64,000 nucleotides of DNA from Prorocentrum cordatum (taxonomy: Eukaryota). Where the stretch lies: the NCBI GenBank assembly GCA_963575745.1, contig CAUYUJ010000281.1, forward strand, positions 186,001 through 250,000. The letters run 5' to 3'. Positions 1-11,559 of this stretch are shown here, one piece after another. Positions within the stretch are counted from its first letter, which is position 1; each line of letters opens with the position of its first letter. A program made the translations under genes and the position numbers. The notes under the pieces were generated by a model. The model saw nothing but the letters and a program-made list of their open reading frames with translations. It had not been told where the DNA came from and searched no databases.

Positions 1-896
1 CCTCCTCCTCCTCCTGCTCCTCTCTCTTCTTCCTACTCCTCCTCCTCCCCCTCCTCGTGACCCCCCCCTCCCAAGGGGAGGAGGGAGCAGCCCGCGAGCG
101 AAAGGACGGCCCAGGCAGGAGGGGGGGTGGGGCGCGTCCTCTCGGGGTCGTGCGGCCCTCCGGGCTGCTGCAGAAGACCAGCCTGCACAACGAGGTCCTC
201 GGGTCGGGCGCGCCATTTGACCACACTCAAGGGGCCCAAGGAGACACACACACACACACACACACATAAATACATACAAATAGCGAAATCCCCAATATTT
301 TCCAATATTCTTTAATTTTTTTGTCTTTCCCCCACTTCCCATACTTTCCTATATTTTCTGGGGAATCGACGATTAATTGTGTCTGTATGTTTTTTCCCGT
401 CCTGACATACGTACGGGCGATAGTGACCTCTGGTGCGCGGCTTTTGGGGGCCGGCGGGGGGACAAAACGCGAGCGCGCAAGACGCTGCTGCCGCAGGGCG
501 TTCGGCGATTGGGGGGCCCCATTGCGGTCCGGCGAAAGTTCACTGGAACGTCTAGTCGAGCCATCACTGTGGTCGTGGTCGCGACCAGAGATCCAGCGTG
601 GTGAAAAGATCAAGACGGAGGTTCTTCGCCGATTCCGGCCTCTATAGGAGGCCCTCGCTGGGCCAAGGGGCCGTCAACAAAACCAGTCAGGATGAAAAAA
701 ACCGTTCCTGGGGAACGAGTCGAGACTTCCGGGGACTCCGTATCGAACAAATCATTCCATCGCATATCTGGGTGATCGTCGTGGTCGTGGTCGTGGTCGG
801 TTTCGTCGTCGTGGTCGTCGTCGTCGTCGTCGTCGTCGCCCTGCGCGCACCGAGCGCCCTTTTCTGCGCAGCGGAAGGCCCCACCAGCAGCGCCTC

Positions 897-1438
897 TCAC
901 GCTGCCGGCGCCCTCGGTTGGCGCGCGCCGAAGATCAGCGACCCGACGCGCACGGAGGTGGACCCTCGCTGGATGGCCTCAGGAGGACGACGAGCACCAC
1001 CACGACAACGAGGACGACGACGACAACGAGGGCGACGGCGACGGCAGCGTTGATGTTAACGACAGCGACGGCGTCGATGCCTACGATGCCCGTGACGAAG
1101 ACGAAGACAAGGACGACGGCAATTGGGCCGGCGACGCCCGTGACGACTCGGACGATGACGGCGAACATGACGACGACGACCACGACGACGAAGGCGGCGA
1201 CAGCGGCGGCGGCGGCGACATCGGCGGCCTCGGCATCGACGACGACGACGACGACGATGACAATGACGACGACGACGATGACGACGACGACGACGACGAC
1301 GACGGCGACGGCGACGACGATGACGGCATCGACGGCGCCGATGCCTCCTCGAAATCCCCGGACATGCCCATGCTCAGCTCCAGCGTGCCAGGCTGGACGC
1401 CGAGCTCACGCGACACCGCCTCCCGCGCCCGCGCCAGC
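897..1438 (-). CDS. PLPBP: PLPBP last two exons (1345-1438, 897-977)
   Basis: LARAREAV...[13 protein letters not shown] / [26 protein letters not shown]. The GC-AG intron 978-1344 is filled with (GAC)n-like repeats. Confidence 0.9.
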
Positions 1439-4400
1439 CTGCCGCGCGAGTCGGGGTCCCGATGGACGGCCAAGGGCCGCCGAGGGCCGCTGGGGGCCGT
1501 CGACCCTCAGATCCGACGCCACAGGCACATTACTGCACCACATCGCCAAACGAACTCGACCGGAGCCCCGGACCCCATCTCTCGGTCGCGCGCCTCTCAA
1601 GCTGGCTCGGTCCGAACAACACGCCCCAGCGAAACGACGCAAGGCAAACCCGGCCCTTCAGAGAAAAAAAAAAGCAGAGCAGCGCCAGGACCTCAGGCCA
1701 AGGCCAGCCTGCCGATCGCGCCGCGGCCGCCCTGCGCCTCGCGCCCGCCTGCCGAGCGCGCCGCGGGCCGCAGGAGGCCGCCGCGGGCCGCCGCCGAGGG
1801 CCGCCGGGAGCCGCCGAGGAGGGGGAGGAGGAGGAGGAGGAGGAGGAGGAGGAGGAGGAGGAGGAGGAGGAGGAGGAGGAGGAGGAGGAGGAGGAGGAGG
1901 AGGAGGAGGAGGAGGGGGAGGAGGAGGAGGAGGAGGAGGAGGAGGAGGAGGAGGAGGAGGAGGAGGAGGAGGAGGAGGAGGAGGAGGAGGAGGAGACCAG
2001 CGTAGGAGAGGTTCGTCACGCCTTCCTATCGCGGCGGCAGGCGGCCAATGCCGCGCCCAAGCCGCAGCGCGGGGGCATTCGCCGAGGACGCAGGCTGCGT
2101 GCGGGGAAGAGAGTCGGGGGAGACAGCAGCAGCAGCACCAGGGAGACTCACCCGAGGACGAGGGGAGCGAGGAGAGAGAGGACAGCGGCCCGCAGACTCC
2201 GTGACAGCGGGGACCGTGGGAGCACTACAGTCCCCAGAGGAGTCAAACACATATTGAGGGCGATCAGCAATCGGGGATGTGGCATTGGAGGAGGTGCAAG
2301 ACAAGTAACCAGGCGAGGGATGCGAGACGGGCAGAAGAGCAGGGCGGTCACGGTCAGATGAGGACTGCGAAGGCGACGAGCTCGACGAAATGGCAATCGA
2401 GATCGAACTGGTCCACCTCTGGATCTGAGATGGAAATACCTGCTCACGCGACTCAATATCCTCAGGGTCGGTAGCGATCTCAGTAGGGGGCGTCGACGGC
2501 GAGGAGACAGCAGGAGTGAGGCCACCGACAGGCGACGGCGGCTGTGGCGACGCAGATCGGCTAGACGAGACAGAGACAGGCGGGGTCAGCCTCGGCGAGC
2601 GACACGAAGATGAACTCGTAGAGGAAGCCGAGGAGGACGAAGGCGAGGGACACGTACGGCGCGGGCGAAGCCGCAAGCGATCACGGGCCGAGATCCCAAC
2701 TGGGCGAGCCAACGCCGCCGAGCGCACCCCAGCCAGGGCACATGAGAAGGCGGACTCGTCCGAAAGCGGCCATCCCTCCACACACTTGGCTGCGTTGTAG
2801 GCGGCGTACGCGACTGCGAGGAAGTGAAAGGCGGGCAGATTCGGCTCAAGCAGCCCCCATCGATGAAGCACAGGCAGAGGTAGAGGGCGAGCCAGGGCAC
2901 GACGAAGAGCGCGGTGAAAGGGGCGGCAACGGGCGTAATGTCGAAGAGCGTCGGGGCAGCCAGGACACCCGAAGGCACAGCGACGCTTGCCAAGGGGGTG
3001 CAGGATGCGGTACGACGTCATCCAGCCGTCAGCCCAGGTACGAAGCGCAGCCCAGGCCCAGGAGCAGGGGCAGGATGCCAACGTGCTCGCGATTGAGTCC
3101 CACGGGAGGGAGGTGACCAGGGAGGCGTGCCGTGGGAGCAGCTTGGCAAGGCGCGTCTGGAGCAGGGACACCAGCGGCGAGACGGCGGGGCCAAGAGCAC
3201 GCAGAGCAGCATGAGCAGCACGTTGAGGGCGAGGACGATGGGCTGTATCCTCGGCCAGCGCGGCACGCGCCGCGGCCGCAGCCACAGCAGGCCAGTCTGG
3301 AGACCAGCACGGTGACGGTGAGCCAGTGCGGGTACCAGCAGCAGCCCGCTGGAGGATCTCCACGAACGCCTCCGAGCGCCAGAAGTGCGGGTAGCATCTG
3401 CCAGAGCCAAGCATCTCCAGGGTGCACCAATCAGGATGAGTAGCCACATGATGTCGGAGCCGATTGTGGATGTCGTAGTACTGCGGGAACGTATGAAGAG
3501 CTGCACGGGCAAGCGCCGCACATCCCATGAAGGCCCAGCGCGTGATGCGAGGACCTCCCCAGGCGTGAAGTAGGGACCAGCAGGAAAGCGGGAACGTGCC
3601 CAAGGCTACCCGGAAGACCTGCGCCAAGATCATGAGCTCCAGGCGAAGAACAACCAGCGGCATGTGGCAGAACTGGGCGACATATGATAATGTCGGGACC
3701 GCACGTGTGCAATAGAGTATGGCCGATAGACTGGGCGGGGTTGTCCCACGGCCAATAGCTTGAGCCCGATGCTGTATCTTGGCCAACGGAGCACGCCATT
3801 GTCGTTCAACGGTCACAGAGGGACCAAGCCAGAGCCCCAGATATTGCAGCTCCTCCACGACGCCAAAGGAGGCCCACTCGGGGACCCATAGACGAAGTTG
3901 TTCGACCACAGCAGCAGCCAGCTCCTCAGAGAAGACGCCCGAGAGGGGGACCAGGAGGCACTTGGAGAGCTTCAGGGAGAGGTTAGCAAACGATTCCGCC
4001 AAGACCATCACCCGATGTACAGGGACGAGGTCCGCCACAGACCGAGTCGTACCACCAATATCGTCAGCGCAGGCCCGAACTATCCCACGACCAGAGGGCT
4101 CCAGGGAGAACATAAGGTCCTTGAGGAAGGCAGAGGTAGCGAGGGCGAAGAGAGAGCCCGAGAGCGCACAACCCTGAATAATCCCACTGCGAATCCAGAA
4201 TATCGGCACACATTCCCCATTCACCGAGGCCACGCCCTGAATGGCCGCATAGAGAAACGAAACGAAAGCCAAGAAGGATTCAGGGAGCCTCAGTACCTGA
4301 ATAACAAATGCCATAAACTCTTGGTTGAGTGAGGGGAACGCCTGGCCGAAATCGAGCGAGAAGAGAAGCGGGATGTCGGGCGACCCAGGGGGGCCCACTG

Positions 4401-7400
4401 AAAGCTCGCGAGCGTGTGCATCCAGCTCCAGAATGTTGCCTCCGAAGTTGCGACCACCGACGAACCCTCGTTGGCAAGGCGGAACGATATGATGGATGAG
4501 GGGTTGGAGAGCACGATTCATGACGGATGACAGCAACTTGACGTCTGTGTTCCGCAAGCCAAGGACGCGAACCTTGTCGGGCGAGCGAGTACATTCCCCA
4601 TCACGCAACTCAACGTCTGTGACGAGCTCCGGGAGAAAAGCCTGGATAGTGATGGAGGAGCAATCGAAGAGAGCCTGACCATCGCCAATCCAATCGAGGG
4701 CATCCATCAACACATGAAGACCAAAAGGTAACGCTTCCCAAGAGGCGTAGGGTAGACCGTCAATGCCAGGGGCGGAGTCCTGGGCCGCACGGAGGGCCCG
4801 TCGAAGCTGTGCCAAGTTCGGGGGCGGGAAATCGATGGTGTTCACGGGGGCGAGCCAGGAGGGGATATAAGCCCGAGCCGCATCGATATCCCAAGATTTC
4901 CGCGAAAAGACAGGTTTCCAGTAGGACGCCAGGGCCTCCACGCGCTCGACGGGGTCAGAAACCAGACAGTCATCCGAAACCCGCATCGACGACAAAGCCA
5001 AAGAGCGAGAGAATGGTGACCAGAGCCTCGCCTTCCTCTCCAACGCGCGCAACTGCAGACGGGTGGCCCGAACAGAAGGTTGGCGAGAAAGTTGGGATTC
5101 CAGAGCACGCCGACGCACCTCCGCAGCTTGCCGCTGGATGGATGATGCCCATTCTGAGAAAGACGAGGGGTGGATGAGTGCAACCTCGGAGGAGCGGACG
5201 GTGATGTGATCACGGACACGAGGGTGAGATTCCAGCATCCGAAGGGCCAGCTTGACGTCTTGCCTCCAGACCACGCGTGCAATCATTCGTGCCACCTGCA
5301 ACAAAGTGTCGAGACTGTCGGGATTGTCAATAAAGAGTGAGTCGCGCACCTCTGACGCAGCAAGGCGCATGAGATGTTTGTAATGCTCTAGCTTGAACGG
5401 TGGCGACATGCTATCCCACGAGGAAGAGGCCACCAAACCACGTAGACGTCGGACAAAGCGAGGGTCGCGACAGAGACGGCGTGGGATAGGGCGAGCAGCA
5501 GGCTGACGAGCGGAGCGGGACGCAAGAGAGACGATGACCGCAGTGTGATCCGAGATTTTCGCATCCGAGAGCGCCGCCGCCGACCCCATCGTGGCGGAAG
5601 TGAGATTCATCTGGCACACCTGCCAGCCCTGCAAGGAGAGAAAGACGCGGTCTATGATGTTGGCCTTGCCCGCCGCCCGCTCGTAGTGGGTCGGTTCGCT
5701 GCCCTGAATCTCCAGCATGTCATCGAAGATGGGCCTCCAGGCAGGTGCGGCAGCGTGGTGCCGACGGCCACCACGACGAGACGCCGCGACCGGTGCCAGC
5801 AGGGACATGGCGGACTCCTCCGATATGTTGAAGTCCCCATTCAGAATCACCAGGACACGCTGTGGATCGGCACGAGCCTCAGCGAGAGCAGTACGAATAG
5901 CATCACGCACTCTTGTGATGGCAGAGGCCCCCAGCTCGTGGTTGTGGACATTGAAGAGGTAGACGCAGGCACGAGCGGCGCGCAGGGTAACCATCAGCAC
6001 ACGCCCAGGAATCAGAGGACGGGACTCCACCTGCACAGGGTCCTCAGGAAGATGCGCGAGAGGAGGGATCAGGACTGCGACGCCACCACGCGCACGGTCA
6101 GCAGGTTCGGACCCACAGAAACTCGAAAGGACGGTGGATCGCGGGCACACCCGATGCACGAAGTGTTCCAGCTGGAGGGCGTCTTGGTGCACCTCCTGCA
6201 GAGAGACGATGGACTTGTCGAGGCCGAGCTTGGAGAGGTAGTTAAGCTTGATGGCTGCCTTGGCCCCAGCAGCCTGAAGGAGGGCCCTGCAGTTCCAAGA
6301 AACCACTCGCAAGGCAGTGGCCGAACCCGAGGAACAGGACCGCGAAGAAGAAAAGAGGGACAGCGCGTCAAAGACACCACACGGGCTCGTCCGCCGAGGC
6401 CGTGAGGAAAGAGGTGAGCTGCATGGCGCGAGCCTTGGTGATGTCGTGGCGCTCCAGCTTGGCGACGTCCCAGCGCAGAGTAGGAGGAGCACCCCCAGCC
6501 TCCACTTCAACCTTGAGGATCTTGTCCCAGCCGATGGAGAGGAACCCGCGGTCCCGATCAGTGAAGAAGCGCAGGGCCGAGAACTCGGCGGCGAAGGCAG
6601 CGCGGCACTTCCTGAGGACGTACTCCATCTTGACCTGCTTCGGGGACTTGTCGGGGCCCATGTGGACACGTGTGCGCTCGGACAGGCCGGGGAGATCGGC
6701 GAAGAAGGCCTTCCATCCGTTCTCATCTTTGAGGGCTGAGAGGGCGCGTAGGACTTTTCTAGATGCTGGTTGCACCATCCCTTTGAAGTGAACCGCGAAG
6801 CGTTTGCACGGGAGGGTACCCTTCGAGACAATCTCGTACTCGCTGGAGTCGAAGCCCGTCTCCGAGAGGAAGTTCTGAATGCAGGCGGACATGGCCTCGA
6901 GCGAAGTTGCACGCTGGGCCACTGCGATGAGGAGGGTGGAGTCGGCGTCCCTGTCGAAGCCAGCGGGGACCTGTGGCGGGGCCTGGGGGCGTTGTTCAGC
7001 GACGGCAAGATGGCGGCGTAGCTCAGCCAATTCAGCACGAAGAGCAGAGAGCTGGTCTTCGTGATCACCCAGTCGCCGTTCACATACGTCGATCTGCTTC
7101 TTGTGCTCATCGATCTGCGACTGGAGCCTGCGAGCCAGGGCGTCGACTTGAGGACGAACCACACTCTGAACCTGCTGGTCGATGGATGCGGTCTGACCAG
7201 AGACCTGCTCCCGAAGTTTGTCGATGGATCCCAGCAGCACCGAGTGGTTCTCAGCAACGGTGGCCCTGACGGACTCGGAGACGGATGAAGTGAGAGCGGC
7301 CCGCATGGAGTCGAACTCATCACGGCACAGCTGGCGGAGGTAGTCGTCGGATGACCAGGCGTCGTTACCGTCAGCTGCATCAGCAGCAGCGTGCTCATGA

Positions 7401-10400
7401 GCAGCGCGTTTGCGAGGAGGAGGCAAGGCGCCCTTGCCGCCCTTCCCACGGCCAGCGCCCGTCTCCTGCGAGGGGAAGGTCGCCACGAGATCGAACTGCT
7501 CGACCAGCGACGCGGGGACCTCCTCGCCGTGGGCATCATCGGCCATACCGCGGAAGCGAGAGGCAACTGGAAACTGCGGTGTGGGGGCCCAGCTCCCACG
7601 GTAGAGGCACACGAGAAAGACTGCCAGGCACAAGGGCCTTGCTCGCCGCGGGCCAGCGGTGTCCGTGGTTGCCAATGCGGGCTCGGCCCGCAGCAGCATG
7701 GGACTTGAGCCAAAATGGCTACGGAGGAGGAGGAGGAGGAGGAGGAGGAGGAGGAGGAGGAGGAGGAGGAGGAGGAGGAGGAGGAGGAGGAGGAGGAGGA
7801 GGAGGAGGAGGAGGAGGAGTAAGAAGGAGTAGTAAGGAGGATGAGGAGGAGGAGGAGGAGGAGGAGGAGGAGGAGGAGGACGCCGAGGGGCCCGCCTGTC
7901 GAACGCGCCGGGGTCGCCCGGCGCCCCGATGGTCATCAGGCCCCGCAGGCGCAGGCCGCCCGCACAGGCGCGGGCGACGTGCGCCGCGAGCGCCGGCGCC
8001 TCTTCGGGGGGGACGCCGTTCTTGGAGGCCTCGCCGCTGGTGTCCACCTGGCGGATGCCGGGAGCCCTGAGCCCCAGAGTGTGCGGCCGTCTCTCGGGGG
8101 CTCACTCCTCGCTTCCCCAGACATGATCGCGTCGTGACAGAAATCGGGACGGGATCTTGCCACCAGTTTTCGGCCTCGGGGAAGCCCTCGCCGGGCCCCC
8201 GGGACCGTCAACAAACGATTCAGGATGAAAAACCGGCCTCGGGGAAAGGGTCTGGACTTCCACAGACGCCGTCCTGAAAAAATCAGGACATCGCATGTCT
8301 GGGTCCGCAACCCTGCGCCGTCCCTCCGCCGCCTTGCCGCCAGCTGCCGCTGGCGGGGGCGGCCTCGTCCTACTTCCGCCGCCCTCCGCCGCTTCTCCCG
8401 CCGCCCTCCGCCGAGGAAGAGACGACGACTCCTTCGATCATCCTTGGCGAGGCCCTTTCTGGAACGCCTCACCTGAGCGACGAGCAGGGTCAGGGGAGAG
8501 CGCGCGCTCCGCTACTCGCGGAGCAGCTGCCCGCAGATGTCGGCGACTCCAAAGGGTGTGGCTTGCAAAGGGTGTGGTTGACAACCGGCACCCCGGGGAG
8601 CATCCTGGGGGGCATCCCGGGGGGCGGGCGGGGGCCTCGATGGAGTTCTCCCGCGCCCCGGGGAGGCCAAACCAGGGCAGCGTCGTGCCCCCCAAGCCCC
8701 AACGGTGCCGATCGCAAACCACACCCCGGCGTAACCATACCCTGTGCAGTCGCCGAAAACGGCCTGGGTCCGCCGCGGGGGGGGGCATACGATCTCCACT
8801 GCATCGGGGCAGACATGTGGTTTCCAGACGTCTGCGAGTAGGCACTTGACGTCTTGTGCTTCGAACGCGCCAGGACACGCTCGGTGTCCAACTGAGCGAC
8901 GCGCAATGATAGGGCACCCCCTGTCTTGGAGGCCTCGCCGCTGACCCCCCGCTTGCAGGGTCAGGCGAACGCATATGCGGCCAGTTTGCCACTCAGATGC
9001 CGATCTGAGCGACGAACCCGAAGATCCATCGCACCTAAAAGATCAGCACGGAAGTGTTCTGCAATTTTCGGCCTCTGGGGGCCTTCGCCGGGCCGCAGGA
9101 CAGACAGTCATAAGACGACTCTGGATGAAGAGCCGGTCCCTGGGAAAATGTGGGAACCTCTGGAGGCCACGTACGGAAACATGTCAAGACATCGGATCTC
9201 TGGAGAAGAGACGGGCCTCACGTGCGATGACATAGCGTCATTATGCCGCGGCTTGCGCGACCGCCAGCGTGGCGCGCCACATTGGAGATGAGGGCGCTGA
9301 CGCGCGGCCTCACGCGGACAGCTCAGGCGCGAATGCCGCCGCAATCGACCCCATTTTCTGCAGACGCCCACATGTTTTCCCCAACGATCGCCCACGTGCA
9401 TTGGAGGCCCTGTCGCTGGGGTCCGCCTGCTTTTTCTCCCCGCTCGCCCGCGGGCACATCTCGCCAGGGCGGCGAGGTCAGATTCCGAAGGCGGGCCCTG
9501 AGATCCGACGTCCCGAGGAGACACCTGCAGCATCGACAGAAACTATGCCAGAGCTCCCTGGAGCCCATCTCTCCGCAAAAACGCGACGCGGGGATCTCGG
9601 GGTCGGCGGCACGGCGAGAGGTCAGATCCGGAGGTGGAGTGGGGCGGAGGAAGGCGGTGGCAGCAGTGCAGCAGCGCGGGGGGGTGGGGAGGACGGGAGG
9701 GGGGGGGGGGCGTGCGGCGGGGCAGAGGGGATGTCATGGCGTCCACCTGCACGTAGGCGCCCAGGGGCTCCACGCCGTCGACCCCCCAGCCTGCGGGCGG
9801 CGCGGGCACCGGGGAGCGGCGCGAGGGGAGGAGGGCGGGCGGTCCTCCAGGAGGGCTCCCTGCCTCCGAGGAGCCCTCCCACCGTCTGAGAAGCCTCCCT
9901 TCAGAAGCGCCTACGGCGGGGCCTCCCAGATGGGCTCGGCCCCGCCGTAGAAGCTTCTGAAGGGGAGGCGGGGGGCCCTCCCGAAAGACCGCCCGACCCT
10001 GCTCCCCTCGCGCTGCTCCGTTGCCCGCACCCGCAGGCCTAGCTCCTGCGCCGCCGCGGCCAGCTTGTCCGCCAGCTTGACAGAGCTCACCGTCTCCACC
10101 GCTACCAGGTTTGGCACTCCAGCAAGCAAGGCGCGCACCTTGTTGGACTGCAGCTTGCCGATGAAGTGCCAGCGCACAGCCGCAGGAACCAGCGGCGCCT
10201 TGCCGAGCAGCTCCTGGACGTAGTTCTCCCCGAAGACCACCTGCCCCGCGGCATGAGCAGCGCCGATGGCCTCTGCCGATTTCGTCTTCGAGACCGCCAC
10301 CAGGCTCACCTCCCGGCCCGCGGCCGCGCCCTGGATGCGACCCAGCACTGCCCGCAGCCCCGACGCCACCTCGGGGACCTACTGACCCGGGTCAATCCAG

Positions 10401-10914
10401 ACCCGGGTCGGTCAGGCCTTGCGGGATCCTGCGAGATCCTGCAGCATCCTGCAGGATCCTGCGCGCGAGCCCGGGCCCAGGCACCGCAGGCCCTGCTGGA
10501 TCCTGCAAGATCCGGCGCTCCCACCCCCCGTCTGCCTGCGCCCCGACCGCCGCCGCGGCCTCGCCCTCCGGCCCGGCGCTCGCTGCACGCGCCGACCGCC
10601 TCCCCGCGCCCGCGCTCGGCCGCCCGCGCCTGCGCAGCGCGCGCCACGGCGCGGCACAGCGGCCCCCTCCGACGCCGCGGGGCGCCGGCGCGCCCGGCGC
10701 CGGCGCCGCGCGCGCGCCGCGCCCGCCGGCCGCGGCGAGGCCCGCCGCGGCGCCGCCGCGCCGCCGGGCCCCAGGCGGCCGCCGCGGCGGCCGCCGCGGC
10801 GCCCGCCGCGGCGCCCGCCGCGGCGCCGAGGCCCCGCCGCCCTGCGGCGAACGGGCGCGGGGCGCCCGGCCGGGCGCCCGCCCGCGGGCGGGCGTGGGGG
10901 CGCGCCGGCGCCAT
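897..10914 (-). CDS. PLPBP: Pyridoxal-phosphate homeostasis protein (YggS/PROSC/PLPBP family), multi-exon: 10600-10914 (tentative), 10039-10369, 9747-9790, 7896-8047, 1345-1438, 897-977
   Basis: Spliced translation gives family motifs in order: [79 protein letters not shown], then stop at 897-899. Junctions are phase-consistent GC-AG/GT-AG with AG|G acceptors. The Ala/Arg-rich first exon is uncertain. Confidence 0.92.
1817..1995 (+). repeat. (GGA)n microsatellite at the LINE 3' end
   Basis: Near-perfect trinucleotide run. Confidence 0.95.
2026..6370 (-). CDS. LINE ORF2: apurinic-like endonuclease, reverse transcriptase, C-terminal Cys/His motif, Ser/Pro-rich tail
   Basis: EN motifs SWNCRAL, LQEVH, RGGVAVL, GDFN, IDRVF, SDH. 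RT motifs APGIDG, QRGFVGGR, LDFGQAFPSL, GIIQGCALS, CADD, YLG. C-terminal CAFGCPGCPDALRHYARC. The start is not defined by a local ATG. Confidence 0.92.
6368..7699 (-). CDS. LINE ORF1 (coiled-coil protein); ATG at 7699, alternative ATG at 7546
   Basis: Open frame starting 4 nt after the SL. Long heptad-like region (IDKLREQV...LSALRAELAELRRHLA) followed by a globular C-terminus, as in ORF1p. Confidence 0.8.
   Translation of the reverse strand: MLLRAEPALATTDTAGPRRARPLCLAVFLVCLYRGSWAPTPQFPVASRFRGMADDAHGEEVPASLVEQFDLVATFPSQETGAGRGKGGKGALPPPRKRAAHEHAAADAADGNDAWSSDDYLRQLCRDEFDSMRAALTSSVSESVRATVAENHSVLLGSIDKLREQVSGQTASIDQQVQSVVRPQVDALARRLQSQIDEHKKQIDVCERRLGDHEDQLSALRAELAELRRHLAVAEQRPQAPPQVPAGFDRDADSTLLIAVAQRATSLEAMSACIQNFLSETGFDSSEYEIVSKGTLPCKRFAVHFKGMVQPASRKVLRALSALKDENGWKAFFADLPGLSERTRVHMGPDKSPKQVKMEYVLRKCRAAFAAEFSALRFFTDRDRGFLSIGWDKILKVEVEAGGAPPTLRWDVAKLERHDITKARAMQLTSFLTASADEPVWCL
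7704..7725 (-). other. Complete dinoflagellate spliced leader (DinoSL) relic
   Basis: Reverse complement is TCCGTAGCCATTTTGGCTCAAG, a 22/22 match to DCCGTAGCCATTTTGGCTCAAG. Confidence 0.97.
7726..7880 (+). repeat. (GGA)n microsatellite at the LINE 5' end
   Basis: Trinucleotide run with a short interruption. Confidence 0.95.
7896..8047 (-). CDS. PLPBP: PLPBP internal exon
   Basis: [53 protein letters not shown]|G acceptor and AG|GC donor. Confidence 0.9.
9893..9969. repeat. Imperfect ~30-bp inverted repeat inside a PLPBP intron
   Basis: CCTCCCTTCAGAAGCGCCTACGGCGGGGCC ... GGCCCCGCCGTAGAAGCTTCTGAAGGGGAGG. Confidence 0.75.
10039..10369 (-). CDS. PLPBP: PLPBP exon with the PLP-binding lysine (VSKTK)
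   Basis: VASGLRAVLGRI...LVAVSKTK...[13 protein letters not shown]...[12 protein letters not shown]. Acceptor AG at 10370-10371, GC donor at 10037-10038. Confidence 0.93.
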
Positions 10915-11559
10915 GGGGCTCTGGCGGGGAGGCTGGCGCGCTTGAGCGCGCGGGCGGAGGCGGTGCCCCCGAGGGCGCGGCGAGCTCGCGCTAAGGACGC
11001 GTGGTCGCGGAGGGATGGGGGGGGAGGGAGAGGAGGGGGCGGGGGGCGGGGGGAGGGAAGGCGGGGGCTGAGCTGGAGGTTGGGGCCAGGCGGTGAGAGG
11101 GGCCAGGTGGAGGGAGCGAGTGATGGAGGAGGAGGAGGAGGAGGAGGAGGAGGAGGAGGAGGAGGAGGAGGAGAAGAGGGCGGATGGGCGGAGGAAGGGG
11201 AGGAGGATCCGATAGAATGAGGATCAGGTCGAGGGTCGAGGATCGATGCGGTTCGGCGTTTTTTGCTGCTTGTTCTTGTTCTGGGAAGCAGGTCTTGCGA
11301 GACACGTCAGACTTTCTCCTCCCCCTGGCACTTACATAGTCGTCACCACCCGGACATGTAAGCCATACTACATACCGGCAGTGGCCGCGATAGTACACAA
11401 CCAGAACCGCGCGCGGGCCTCGCGCGCTGAGGTTCTAGCAAGCTCCAGGCCGTGACAAGTTCACATATCCTCTGATGTAGTTACCAACATACGGCTCGAA
11501 CATGGGGAGATTACACCGAATCGTCAGGATCGCGGGTCGAACATAGATCAATTACAGAC

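Larger units (their letters stand above)
1996..7725 (-). mobile_element. Full-length non-LTR retrotransposon (LINE; APE endonuclease + RT, L1/Tx1-like organisation) inside a PLPBP intron
   Basis: Two uninterrupted ORFs, 5' end coincides with the DinoSL, and both flanks are (GGA)n. Confidence 0.93.

Noticed and set aside
2026..7713. 1895-aa ORF as one protein from 7713
   Set aside because: It starts at a TTG inside the SL, and the first ~450 aa are an alternate frame of ORF1.
6368..8047. 559-aa ORF fusing a PLPBP exon, poly-Leu and ORF1
   Set aside because: Chance read-through of an exon, microsatellite and LINE ORF1. A GC donor at 7895 ends the exon.
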